Shown here one piece after another: positions 15,601 to 28,242 of a stretch of 64,000 nt of DNA; position 1 is the stretch's first letter; every line of letters starts with the position of its first letter. The notes below the pieces were generated by a model. The model searched no databases. It had not been told where the DNA came from and worked only from the letters and a program-made list of their open reading frames with translations. The stretch covers positions 248,001 through 312,000 of the forward strand of contig NW_020843644.1 of the NCBI RefSeq assembly GCF_003704095.1, written 5' to 3'. The translations under genes and the position numbers were made by a program. This stretch comes from Pocillopora damicornis (taxonomy: Eukaryota).

Positions 15601-17864
15601 TGCCTTATCGTTTATGTGTACCTCGTCACCTGGTTTTTTTTGTTTTTTTTTTTTAATTAACTCTTCAATTGTATTTCAGTCTGGTAATCACAGGCCTTCG
15701 GTTTGGGACTGGAGTGTTGCAGGACAACTTTGTTGCAGAACTGGAAACACACTATGATAATTATATCCTTTTGTTCTAACAAGCAATCACTAATAACAAA
15801 AATGATTTCTTTTTCTGCTTAACAAATTTTTATCAAGAGTTAGCTTTAACCCTTTCAGTCCAAGGATTGATCAGTAGATTATTTTTCTGTAGCAAATCGG
15901 GTAGTTGTCGGGCATATAGGTGGTGAGAATGGTTTAAAACTACTGTTATGGGTCTATGCGTATTTGTAATCAAATGACTTTTAATACAATAGCTGAGATC
16001 AAAACTTGCCCAAACCACAGTTTCCCAGTAATTTTTTCGCCACCTATGTTAGACATCTCTGTCAAATTTGTTGCTTTGTAAGGATTCAAAGTGTATTCTT
16101 TAACACTGAATACCTGCCGAATTCCTGACGTTTTTTGGATTGCTCAACTTCTACTTGTACACCATGGCATTCGTTTATTCACCATCCAAGAATGCTCTGT
16201 ATGGTAAGACAACGTGTGTCCTTATCAAGTTTGTCTGGCTGGCTATTGTCTAGTTTTCTCCTTTCTCTTCACATCTGGAGAGTTGCAGAACCTCTTTCCC
16301 CTTTAGACCTGCAGACCTTGCAACGGCAGAATTGTATATTGCGACCCAACTGGCTAATTTTTGATGANNNNNNNNNNTTAATCAGAGTTCGAACTCCCCC
16401 CCCCCACACCACAAGAATGTCAAGATCCTCCCTGTCCTGTACTCCTGTGTCGTGATGTAATTTCCTCGTTCTCGTTTATTTGTGTCGGCGAAAGAAAATT
16501 AACGTGAAATGCCATTACACCGTGTTAACCCCTTTAATATAGAGACATTTTCATTTCATATTCTTCGTTTTTGTTTGTTAATTTTACGGTGTTCTTTTTT
16601 TGAATTGCATTTTTCTATGGACCGAAAATAAACTCAAAATGTCGTTCAAGCCATGTTTGGTCTAAAAAATTCGCGCTATTCTATCAACCAATCAGATGCA
16701 AAAGGTAAACCGATCACGACTTGGTCGCTCTCGTTCTACCGCGCTTCTGTGCTTTTGTTTTGAGGTCTCATGGGCTCATTGTGATATTTACCTTTGTTCC
16801 TATTGGTTGTTGTAGAGTCCTATTTTCGTGATCAGTCCACATTTTCGATGTTGAACGAGTCTGAAGATGAGGACGCCTTGATATACAAGTAAGGAGTTGA
16901 ATTTCGTCATGAGCTATCAATATTCTTTGTCTCATGAAACTTATTCTCGTCTAACCATGTATGTGAGAAGCAATACCCCCCTCTCCTTCCACGCCGCTGT
17001 TTCTTTAAATTAAAGAAGAGATTCTCTCAGCTCAGTGGAAGGGAAGGGGTGGGGGGTTATACCATAAGTTGTGCGCGCGAACGTCAGTAATGCCGGCAGT
17101 TGAGCAATTTCTCATTGAGTATCGAAAGTAATTAGGGGTAACAGGTTAGAATGAGCACTAGACTGGACGTAGATTTATTACGGTTTTCCTTTTGGTAAAA
17201 AAAGTTAAGGTGGGACTTAACCTAAAAAAGACCCCTTTTTTCAATGACTTGTCANNNNNNNNNNNNNNNNNNNNNNNNNNNNNNNNNNNNNNNNNNNNNN
17301 NNNNNNNNNNNNNNNNNNNNNNNNNNNNNNNNNNNNNNNNNNNNNNNNNNNNNNAAAAACAAAAATTGCATTTTGTAGTCAAATTTTAGGTTAAGTCCCA
17401 CCTTAAGCGAAAAATCATCACCCGATAACGTTTTGTATAACTCTTAGAGGCGGTAGGGTAAGAACATGTATTCGCTAATTTACTATTTTTTTAACTCACC
17501 AAATGTACACAGATGTAAGTGTTTGGAGGGTGTATTGAGGGTTTTTAGCAGTTTGAAATGTGTCTTTAAATTTTTCACTTATTAACCTATTAGGTGATTT
17601 CTGTATGAAGTGGAAGGGTGTTGTTGTCCTGCCTTTGGTTTCGATGCGAAACTTTGCTCTGACTCGGTCCTAGCTCTCCTTCAGCAACTTATGTTGTATC
17701 GTTCAAATATGACTTTCGCCAGATTTAAATCTGACGCGAATGTTGTTTAATATGATGCATCATTACTCAAAATGTTTAGTTTCTATTCAAAAGAGTCATG
17801 TTTTTTTCTTTTCAGCTCTCAGCGGGAAAAAGCTACCTTCAGCAGCAGCGAAGAAGAAACTTAG
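6678..17864 (+). CDS. TMEM181: Transmembrane protein 181. Exons: 6678-6771, 8417-8484, 8812-8905, 9553-9674, 10395-10517, 11035-11115, 11500-11558, 12129-12169, 12842-12969, 13442-13530, 13984-14041, 14501-14603, 15022-15073, 15680-15762, 16114-16203, 16816-16888, 17816-17864
   Basis: Spliced translation matches recalled TMEM181 throughout: MRLYTLTKRQFVLVF, FNQQLWL, EIWFRFVF, EQKWMSLLLPLLLLYNDPLFPL, FWLCAFHGIRQ, FYLPK, NELQDPTYQY, LQDNFVAELETHYDNSAEFL, FVYSPSKNALY. Exon phases are consistent. An acceptor at 6667 implies an unidentified upstream exon; the last exon is the least certain. Confidence 0.95.
14121..14300. mobile_element. Fragment of a non-autonomous TTAA/CCC-terminus (piggyBac-like) repeat family
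   Basis: Starts TTAACCCTTTAACTCCCAAGATCTGA. Related copies at ~5655-5890, ~12185-12400, ~40428-40530, ~62142-62276, ~62889-63069. Confidence 0.55.
15763..16113 (+). other. U12-type (minor spliceosome) AT-AC intron in TMEM181
   Basis: 5' site ATATCCTTT at 15763; branch site TTCTTTAAC at 16096-16104; terminal AC at 16112-16113. Removal restores ...HYDN-S-AEFLTFFGLLNFY. Confidence 0.93.
17205..17406. mobile_element. TIR element flanked by TTAA (Kolobok-like MITE); interior lies in an assembly gap
   Basis: Perfect 23-bp inverted repeat TTAAGGTGGGACTTAACCTAAAA (17205-17227) / TTTTAGGTTAAGTCCCACCTTAA (17384-17406). Confidence 0.7.
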
Positions 17865-19599
17865 AGCATTACACTTCCCTTCTTGCAAAGTGGACGTAAA
17901 AACAACGCTCTTCTCAGAAGTTTTGTATTCAGAAAGTGCTAATTTTAGAAAAAGAAAGTTACTATCCAGAAATAACTGGGGTTTTCCCCTCTGGATCAGA
18001 TCTTTAAACAGTTCCTTAAATTAGATACCAGATGCGCTAATTTCCATTTAACACGTTTTTTTCCGTTCTGTATTGTTTTGTTTTTGTTTGTTTGTTTGTT
18101 TGTTTGTTTCTCATTTCTAGAACAGTTTTTTTTTACTTCTAATTACGCTAGAGTAGAAAATTATAATGTTTATTTATAAAATCTTACATAACCTCCGTCT
18201 TTGATCAGAGGAAAAAATCAGTGAGAGTGATGAATTTGATAACGTTACGTTACATGATATTAATTTCCCTTTCAAGCCCATCACAGCCACGCCCCCTTCC
18301 CTCCCCCAACCTACCTCCATTTCTCTCCAACCCACCCCTCCCTCAACTTGATCCAGTTGGGAGAAAGGTGGGTAATCTTTAACGTAGTTTTCAAATCAGA
18401 ATATAAAAATATGTACGATAATATAGAGTAACAAATAGGTTCTAACTCTGAGATTCAACAGACCGAAGTATATTTTAACAGCATCAGATTGGTGCTTCTC
18501 CTCTTGACGAGTCACACAGCCGTAGAACTTTTTCAATGTATTTATGTAGAATCTTCAACCCCTTGTTGAATATGGAGTAACAGTTGAATCGACATAATCT
18601 ACTGTTATTGTCATATTTATTCACTCTTTATACGAAATGTTTTTAGTTACATATTAATGTGATAACTGTCACGTCACCTTTGTTAATGAGGACTGAAACG
18701 CAGCTTGTGTGAAGCATATAACTTTTAAGTGGGCTAATAAAATGTCCAAAATTATCGTAAATAAATAGATATCAAAATTTAGGTTAAGAAACTATCACGA
18801 TCGTTGTCTCTTCTGCTGATGAAGGCCTCACGAACCCCAAATGCTTAGGACTGTGTGCGTATGGGAAGTATAAATCACCTTTCGAAAGTAAAGCGCTGTC
18901 ACTTGCTTCACAGAGACGTTCGGGTAAAGTGAAAGTTAAGCCGGTTTAGCAGATCGCCAAAGGAATGTCTGTGGATAGTGAAAGAAGGATATTGGGCAAT
19001 AAAATGGAAAATGGGAACAATTGTTATTCGAATTTTGAATTTTTTTATGAATTATCGAACCGAAGAAATTTATTTAAGACTTCGATTGTTTAGCAAATCG
19101 TGTGATATATAGCACGTTGTTTATTTATCTATTTGATAAAAGTGATGGAGGTTGATAAATTACTTTTCTTTTCCGATATCTTGAAATACCTGACTGATGA
19201 ACTATTTTGCTTCTGTAACAAGGACGTGACATGCTTTCTGTTTGAGCGTGGTTATGTAAAGGATTGAGGGTTCTTGATGTCACAGCGAAAACCGCGTTTA
19301 CTCCGATATTATCTGGTGTTGACTTCCGTCATAACTGACATCCCTTTTGTATTTTGCATCATCGATGTGTTGGTTTCCTGTTTCGCTTAAACGACAAAAA
19401 GCCACAAGGTGAAAAGACACAATTCAACACTGTTCAATTGTAATCTTAATACAGGAAATGATTGTGCATCTTTTGTATACGGCGAAGCCTAGAATTCTAT
19501 GTAAGGAAGTTGGAAATTTTAGAGGCTCTTAAAACTGTTTTATTGCGAAAACTCGTGTATTTAAAACACACTTAACCCCCCCATACCACCCTGAGAGAG

Positions 19600-20060
19600 C
19601 GTCTGCCTATGCCTTCGAAGGCGTCGAAATCCTCTTGTACACTTCGTCTTTCCGGAGTGGAGAGGTGCATATTATCAAGTGTTTCTGACAGGCGACCGTT
19701 CAGGAATGCGTTTTGCGGTGAGAGGGCCGTTTTGACTTTGCTGAAGCGAAAGTCGAGCCTTGCTTGAGATCCTTTGGTTAATCACAGAGGGAGAACACTT
19801 TATGTTCATTTTTCTAAGAAACTTTTTCTTGAGAACTATAAGGCCAAAATTTGCTTATGTCTTGGAAGGCGTCAAAACGCTCTGGAACACTTCCACTTTC
19901 ATCAGAGGCATAATCCCTTCGATCTTGCTCAACGGAGAGGTCTTTATACAGGAAGTTGAAATCAAGTGCTGCGGACAGGCTATCGTTCTGGAATGCGCTT
20001 TGTGGTTAGAAGGCCTTGTTGAATTTGCTGAAGCGAGGTCAAAGATGAGACTTCTGTGAT
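19600..20060. repeat. Diverged local tandem duplication, possibly decayed coding sequence
   Basis: 19612-19760 aligns by eye with 19861-20045 (GAAGGCGTC.AAA..CTCT..ACACTTC; ATCAAGTG...GACAGGC...GGAATGCG...TTTGCTGAAGCGA). Confidence 0.65.
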
Positions 20061-23000
20061 CTCTCAACGGAAACGAAAAACAATTTGGGAGAGATACATG
20101 TAGTCTGCAGAGATCGTCATAGTTGAAGGCAACTCACAACGGTATTTCCAAGGGGGACGGATTCAGGTCCAAGATGAAATGGGGTTGTTTAGACAACTGA
20201 AATCGTTTTGTTCGTGTATTCAAAAGCGTCAATTAATAATATTGTTCTTCAGTTATATAACGCGTATCTTGACGTGTGACAAATTGAAGATTGAAGCAGG
20301 ATCAATATTTATGTGGTCGTGACAAATATTACAAACAGGATCTGGATGGTGCCTTTAGCGCTTAGCTTAAAAGGAAACAGGTTGTTTAGATAGGAGACCG
20401 TAAAACAATTTTAGTGCAGGCATTATTTTTTTTGGAATAATTAAAAAAAAAATGCTTCAAATCCGTTTCTTCCTGCGACACTTAAACCCTTGAGTCGTAA
20501 CTAAACCGCAGTGATAAAGGGATTTCACAATATGTCATTCCTTGACAGAATTGATTAAGCGGAAGTCAGAGCTATTAATAATCAGTCAAAAAAGCTTGTA
20601 TTAAGTGTCAGAAAATATCTCTTTTCATTTTAACAAATATTTGTACAATTTAAAGTTAGTGTAGGCTGGTTGAAACGTTATCCTTAATTCATTTGGTCTG
20701 CGTACCGCAACCTCCAGGACTTCTTGTGAAATGTATAAAATTGGCGGGATGTTTTTCGAATTTTAATAGCTGTTCCGTTGATGTCATATTGCGCACTGAA
20801 GCGCTACGATTCTTCCTATCGAAATTTGGCAGCTCGTGCTCATGTGTACAAGAATCCAACGACGGCCACAGCCATGAGAGGCAGGCACTCTCGCTTTTAC
20901 CCGATTTGGTATAAAATTTAATTGCGTTCTTTAACGAATATTGCAGTCTGATTGCCTACGCCATTTACTCTGTCACGTAATAGATAGTGACAGAACTATC
21001 ATTGAAAGTAGATAAATTTATCTTCTAGTCACGGTGGTTTGTGATCTCTAAGACTTCTAGTGGTCAAAGGCTAAATTCCACTATCTCAAGCTTCCTGTTT
21101 ATGTGACAAGAAGACTTAAAGAAACAAATTCATGATTATGAACAGGAAGAAGATTTTTCTCGCAGGAAAAAACCTAGGCTAAAATGGCATGACGAGACAC
21201 GTGCTGAATTTACCTGCGGGAAATGTAAATGAAAAAGCAAGGAAAGCATTTTTCAGAATACAAGGAAACTTTTACAAATTTCACCCGTTTTTTTGCAGTA
21301 AGCTTTTAAGTAAACACTTTTGAAATGTTTGCTTACAATATAGCACGTTTTTTATAGCCGGTGTGGGCTTAGGGTGACAAATCAATCAAATTAATTCATA
21401 TTTCCTCTTAGTTCCTGTCGATTTGTGTGGGCAAGCGTGTCCATCAAGGAATATTTTGCACACAGATCGGTGTGCGTATTAGAGTTCAGCTAAGAAATCG
21501 TTGACTGAATAAAAAACCGGTAATTTTCAGTAGGAAATTCTGAGTGATACAGTAGTGCATAATCCTAAAATTGTAAGATTCTTCTTCCTTTCGCAAAAGA
21601 GAGGTCTGTGCAACAAGTCACGTTTCTGTGAAGAGTAACAAGGTGCACGTTCTTCGTAAACGTCATTGTACAACGTCCGTAAAATATACTGATCTTATGT
21701 GAATCGGAACTTGGAATTGGATAAGTGATGAGAGATAGGAAAAAAATGATTTTCTTTTATATGGAAAGAAAATAAAGCTACCGTGTCTGTTTATTTAATG
21801 GTTATCTACAACTAGATATTTTGAGTCAAAATTCCTTTCAGGTTAGTGGAGACTACAAAGTATTAGCTCGGTAATAACAGAAAAACAGAAAAACACAATA
21901 CAGGCGATGGTAAAACAATAAGGAGCATGAAGAACTAATGGAAATAACGAGGCAGGCTCATCTTGTGACGTTTTAAAGGCCAGTCAGACAGTTTATGTTC
22001 ACATCTGTGACGATAACTTCTCACGTACATAATTGCATCCTGTATGTATCGATATAACAGATAACATGCGACTTACGACGGAGAGAGGAAAGATTTGTGG
22101 AGCTGTTCTAAAGATAAAGCGTTGTTGAAGGGTGTCAAAAGAGCCAGATATTAATAACCTTTATGTTTCTTCTCAGCTTACTATTTTTGGCCAGTGATCT
22201 GTACTACGCCCACACAAAATAAAAAGTAAATCTGCCATGTACAATGACCCTGTTCGATTCACTGACCTTGGCGATAATGAAATATTTTTTTTATGGGAAA
22301 TCCGGTTTACATTTTGACAGATTGTTTACTGCAGGTGTGTTCAAGTTCATTGGCAATTTCAGCAAGAATACAAAAAACCAAGGTCATAAGACTTCTGTGA
22401 ACACATTGACAGACACAGACACAGACACAATGAGACACAAACAGGTGTTACAATGTGATTAGGGGCTCCTATAGAAATAGTTATTCGGGCCTAGGAACAG
22501 GTCATTTTTTTCACTGCCAAGGGGGTGGGGGGGAATCGAAAGATTTTGGTAATGTCATAATAAAATTTACCAGACTCCCGCCCTAAGCCTCTGTATNNNN
22601 NNNNNNATTGGTTTTCCATATCCTATAGTCCTCTTGCTAGAGATAAATGATTTCCCCACTGTTTCCATCTAAAATAACCATGTGATCCCCGCCAAAATCC
22701 TCCCAATCTCACTACCTCAGGCGAAAAATATGAACTAGTCTCTTAGAACTGTAAAGGAAATACTAAATTCGTGGCCCAGGCTGCGTCACAGCACAAGGGT
22801 TTTTGGCGTGCTTTCTTCTTGCTTAAAGGATTTTGATCGGCTTCAGTTTCCCATAATTATCGACAAGGTTAATCACAGCATTAGGATGCACGTTTATACT
22901 GAAGCAGTGAGAAACATGAACTTATACAAATTGTGACCGTAAATTTGACAGCGTCAGGAGACACGACTGCCTGCTTAATCTTTAAAATCTTTCTCACATG

Positions 23001-24875
23001 TCCTACGTCTTGTCCCACTTGGTCTGCAAGTTTGTGACGGTCACAAGTTAACAGTAGTTCTCCATTTACGTAGAAATTGGCCAGCACAGAAGTGAGAGAA
23101 AGAATAGTCTCTGTGCTCTTGCTTGATTTTAGAAAAATTGTTCTCAAAAAGAGCATCTTGCCCACTAGTTTATAAAGAAATAGGAAAAAAGTTGATTTTT
23201 GTTAACAGGAAGATTCTGAAGTCCTTTTTATCTATAGGCCAAAAATAGTTCCCACTCAGTTGTGCGCGTGGTATTGTTAACAAGTTTGTGTAATTGGGGA
23301 TTCAACCTTTACATTCTGCCCTACCACCGATAATGGTATTATTTTCTTTTTATATCCCTTTAATTGTGGCATGGAATACAGGTTGTCATCTAGGGAGACA
23401 AATTATTTCTGATTAAAATTGTAATAACAACTTCTTACATAACTTTAGATGTTCCTGTCGAACTATGAATGGGTCTAAATTAGAATATGCTTCCAAATAT
23501 GCTGAAACTGAAATTTTTTCATAGTAATTGAAGGTAAAGTTTGAATTTTGTAAACAACGAGAAAGGGATGTTTTAAGAAGGAACAAAAGAACAAAACCAA
23601 ACCAAGATGCTCAACATGGCCATCTCGGTGGCATCTTGTAACGACATCCATTTATGTTAAAATCTGTAAATTTCAAATAAAGCAGTTTAAAAATTTTGTC
23701 AGTGGGTGTAATTCGGTAAAGGAAAACCTTTACTGAAAAGGTAGTTTTTCGAAGCATGGGGAAATCCGGCCTGACAGAATAAAAAAGCTCCTAGAACGTG
23801 ACATCTGAGTTGTTTACATGTAACGAACACCAACATCCTAGAGACGTCACGCTAGGACGTTTCCAATATTTGCATACTAAGAAAAACCTGTAATTTGAAG
23901 ATTCTTTGTTAGGCTTCGGGGATTGAAACTACAGATTATCTTACTTTTTTAACGTTATTCACGTATATAAGTTTCTTTTTGCTTCAATGTGGCTAAAAGG
24001 TGGATGTTAGTCGCTGAAAGTAAAATTAAAACTACTTCAATCGATGATCTAATTGCCCACTCTGTATTCATTTCCCGTTTGATCGAACGGGGTTTCACAT
24101 CTTCAAATGTTCCTCAAATGCATGTTCCTCATTCCGCTCCGATGCTAATGTATAAATTAAGGTTTTAAAATCGAAAGGATAAAGTATGACCGAGCGAAAA
24201 TGATGTTAAAAACTGTTTTCTTTATTTCATTTTTCTTGATTTTCTTTGTTTATTAATATGGAAGGGACTTACACCGACAAAGGAAAATCCCGAAGAAATA
24301 GCTTTTTATTTTTAGAAATTCAGCAGCTGAATCGGGGTGTCGCTTTTTGACCAGTGACTTAAAAATCTTACAGTTTCTTTCTCTTAAATAGGTTATTATC
24401 GTATTTTTCATTCAAAGATGCTCAAAATGGAAGATTAATTAAATCTGCACTAGGTGCGTGTCCTGACAGAATTCAAAACGAATTCGAAGAGATCCAAAAA
24501 ATAAATTATTTTGTCGGTTGTAAAAACACCACTGAATCACGTTTTACACATATCTTCCGACCAAGTGTGTTTCTGTGGTGATGTTTTACCATATTGCTGT
24601 TTAGAATGTAAACAAAACGCAAAATTGTGATATCGTTCAACAGGAAGTCTGATTCTTACGACTCTCTTCCCGTACTTTTGCAGTGGATGTTCGAGAAAAA
24701 CAATCACTAATGATGTCAATGCAATTTCCGTAACTTACAGCTGCTTTTCGACATAACTCGAAGCGAAAAATATATATTTTAGCTTGACTTAGAGCAAAGA
24801 CCAATAGATGTGGGAATAGAATATATGTATTCACGTCGGTGAAATCACCTCGAACTATGGGCTTCTGAGAAGTCT

Positions 24876-24926
24876 ACGTCACGTGACGTTACCAACGTTA
24901 TAACTTCCGCACACGGTGGTATATAG
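24876..24926 (+). promoter_or_regulatory. Proximal promoter of the UBAN-like gene: palindromic CLEAR/E-box, ETS site, TATA-like box
   Basis: ACGTCACGTGACGT 24876-24889; ACTTCCG 24903-24909; TATATAG 24920-24926; ATG at 25016. Confidence 0.55.
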
Positions 24927-25015
24927 TCTTCATTACGCGATACAGTCAGGTAAGAGAACGAGCGGTTAGACATGTACAGATCGTAAGAATAAAATTTCTT
25001 AAATCCGAAACATCG

Positions 25016-25882
25016 ATGGATGATAATACGGATGCGAAAGAAACGAGAGTCGAACGTGAATTAGAGAGAACAAACGCGTACGTTCTCTCTCTTCTCAGAG
25101 ACAAACGACGATTGAACGAGGATTTGGAGAACGAACGTAAGTTGTCAAGGAAGTTGAAGGAAGAATGTTATGATTTGAGAAAGAGACTCAGAGAAAGGGA
25201 GACAGCAGGGAGTGATTCTACCGCTTGCTCTAATACTAATTCCCTCGTTAGCGTAAGCGATCGAGGCGAAGCGGAAGATCTCGCATCGAAAATCGAAGCT
25301 CTTGAGAATAGTTTGCGCGAATCACGCGCGCAAATTATGTCATTGGAGGATCACAAAACAGTGTTGGAGTCAGAAATCTTGAGATTAGCAGAAGCACTAG
25401 GAAAGGACAATTCATGTTCTGAGCTGGAGCTCTACGTAGAGCAGCTAAGTATATACGAAAATGACTTTCAGAAAGAGAGAAGTGACAAAGAAGAGGCACA
25501 GAGTAAAGTCTCCGAGCTTTCAGAACAAATCACGGACTGTCAAGACCTAATATCGACACTCACCCGAGAGGTAGACATGTACAAGAACGCGTTTGAACGA
25601 GAGAAAAGGGACAAAGAAGTGGCAATGATGCAGGAAAGAGGCGAAACGACAATGCTTAATCTACCTTCTTATTCACAATCAACATTGCCGAACTTTCCTG
25701 GAAATTTAAGCGATCAAGCTCGAGTTGCGTTACCCGTACCCGCGCCGCATCTGCAAGTTGTTTATCCTATTGTAGACTCTGGAATGCAGCAGCAAAACTC
25801 CAGGCGAAAAAGGGAGCTTCATCGCAGAGGTGTTCTCACTCGAGATACCCCTGACACAACGGATTTCTTCTATGGGAGCTGA
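25016..25882 (+). CDS. Coiled-coil protein with UBAN-like ubiquitin-binding motif (ABIN/TNIP-NEMO-optineurin type), 288 aa
   Basis: Uninterrupted ORF with long heptad repeats. QLSIYENDFQKERSDKEE resembles the TNIP1 UBAN QVKIFEEDFQRERSDRER (DFxxER core). Confidence 0.75.
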   Translation: MDDNTDAKETRVERELERTNAYVLSLLRDKRRLNEDLENERKLSRKLKEECYDLRKRLRERETAGSDSTACSNTNSLVSVSDRGEAEDLASKIEALENSLRESRAQIMSLEDHKTVLESEILRLAEALGKDNSCSELELYVEQLSIYENDFQKERSDKEEAQSKVSELSEQITDCQDLISTLTREVDMYKNAFEREKRDKEVAMMQERGETTMLNLPSYSQSTLPNFPGNLSDQARVALPVPAPHLQVVYPIVDSGMQQQNSRRKRELHRRGVLTRDTPDTTDFFYGS

Positions 25883-28242
25883 TTTTGCGCTGATACGTGT
25901 GAGAAATATTTTTCATTAATATTAAACTACTGCATTCTGTCAACAATCTGTAGCTTAGGACTTCCTCATTGCGGACATGCCTTCCTTTGTGGGAAGGCTT
26001 ACCGCAGAGGAAAGAAGAGAGCAGGAGAATAATAAATAACCAGGATAATCGAAGACACATTACTGCTATGTATTTTTTGGCAGAAATTGAACAGCTTCGC
26101 TGATGGTAAAATGCTCCACAGTGATAACAATGGATTTATATCGAAAACGAGCCCTGCGCGGAAGCAGGACTTCTGTAAATGTACATTTGCATTAATAATC
26201 ATCTCAAGTGCACTTTTACGTGAGATGTAAAATCACGGAGAAATATCTACTTTGTATGAAATGAAATTCAAAAAATCAGCTTAAAACGAAACATGTTGCA
26301 GAAAAAGTAATTATTTGTAAATCATGTTTGAAACCAGCTGGCTGTGTATTAGGGTGCAATCGGCTTCAGTGTTATAGTTTTGTACATACATATTAAAAAA
26401 AAAATCGTGCCATTTACGAATGGCTTGTTTTAATGTAACGAACTCATCGCTCGCAAAGAAAGTCCAATGCCAGAGTTGACTTTATAAAAGATATTTTTGT
26501 TTTTGCGAATTAGAGTCCTAGCAGTGTATGTAAACGAGATTTGAAGATTCTGAAGGAGGAACTTGAACAGAAGAGCGACTGATAAGAGTCGCATACGAGT
26601 TCCTGTGGTATAGAAAACGATAAATTTTGGTTTTAACGATCATAACAAAAGAGGTACAAGGGTTAACGAAAAAAAGAACATAACTGAAAATACGGATGTT
26701 CAAAATTATCTTGAAGTAAATCTAGAAAAGTTTATTAGGTCAAACAGCTGAGGTTGCCATGTCATCGTCGACTTGGGGGCAGGAAGTCGTTGCGTTAGAG
26801 TTTCCTGTTTAAAGAAATTTCCTTTAAAAACCCAACCTTATATGGTTGAACTACTTAGGACAACAATAAAAGGTCAAAAGCAGTTCATTGATTAGAACTG
26901 CCAGTGACGCTTGGAGGATCCCTATATATTTGAATCATCATAACAGCTTTGAATTACTTTTTCGATTTTGAACATTTCATAGCTTAAGGAAGTTAATTTT
27001 TGTTTCTTTACATGCCTTAAAACCATCTTAATCGCCCACTATAATCGAGAAGCTATTTCTAAGACTATTGCATATAACTTTAACCGAATGAAACGCAAAG
27101 TCAGAATATTTCTATTCAGCTGTGGTGGAAAGTCACTTTCCGAAGAAATCTGTTAAACACCTTTATATTCGATATTTTCTAGCATTACTTAAGTGCATCG
27201 ACTCATTTCAAGTTTCAACTTCCTGACTTTGTATGCTCATGCATGAGAGGGGAGGGGAGAGGGACTTACACGTACGTGATCTCAGAGTAAGGTGAAACTT
27301 ATTTCTCTACTAATCCTATTCTTTTGATAAAATAATGAGCTTTTCCTAAAAATAAGAGTATTTGAATTCAACGATTCCTAGAATAGACAATTTAACTCAT
27401 TTTTCAGCATGTGACAGGCAAAGCTGGTTCCAATTCCGTACCAGTTGTCGAACCTGTCATGACAGATTTAAATCTTATCAAAATTTAATACTCTTTCCTT
27501 TACCAAGAAATTGAACATCAGCGCTTGGAGCAGTTTTTAAATAATTTCCTTTCAGCGTGAATGGCGATTCGTTGATGCAACAGCTGTGTTCCGTTTGTGA
27601 CACACCGACAAAATTACGGACGCGTGACGTAATAAACAGTGATCTGAATATTTCGTGTTGCGTGATTTGAATATTCCGTTCTCGACTGGAGGCTTTGTGG
27701 TTGCAGATATTTAACAGGTGAAAAGAATTTTCGCTTTGTGAGACGTCAGTAGTTTTATTCAACTCAATTTGATTCAAGAGTAAGACATTTTATTCCTGAA
27801 ATTCTAAAGGTTGACCGCAGCCTTTGCAAGAAACAATTTTTTACGCGAAAGATACCCTCCTTTCTAAACACAAACAATTGCTTCTGGGGTTGAGTTTTTT
27901 TTTAACTAGGTTCATGAAAAACATTAACATAACACACTTGCATTAAAATTTTATTTACAGTTAAATCCAGGAATGACTCCATGTAAAATAAAAAAATAAA
28001 AATAAAAAACCCCCTAAATTTGTTCACGTTCTTTGTTTGAGTTTTGACAGAGGTTGCATTACAATTCGTACTAAAATTAGACTAAGATCTGATTGTCAAC
28101 ATTGATCTTCTTTTTTACTATTGACGCAAAATAATATACCACTGAACAGAAGCAGTGTTCCAAATTGAAGCACCCCGAGTTTGGATCGAGTTTGCATTTT
28201 AGAAAGCAACATAATCGTACTGATCATGTCTATCAAGTACCC

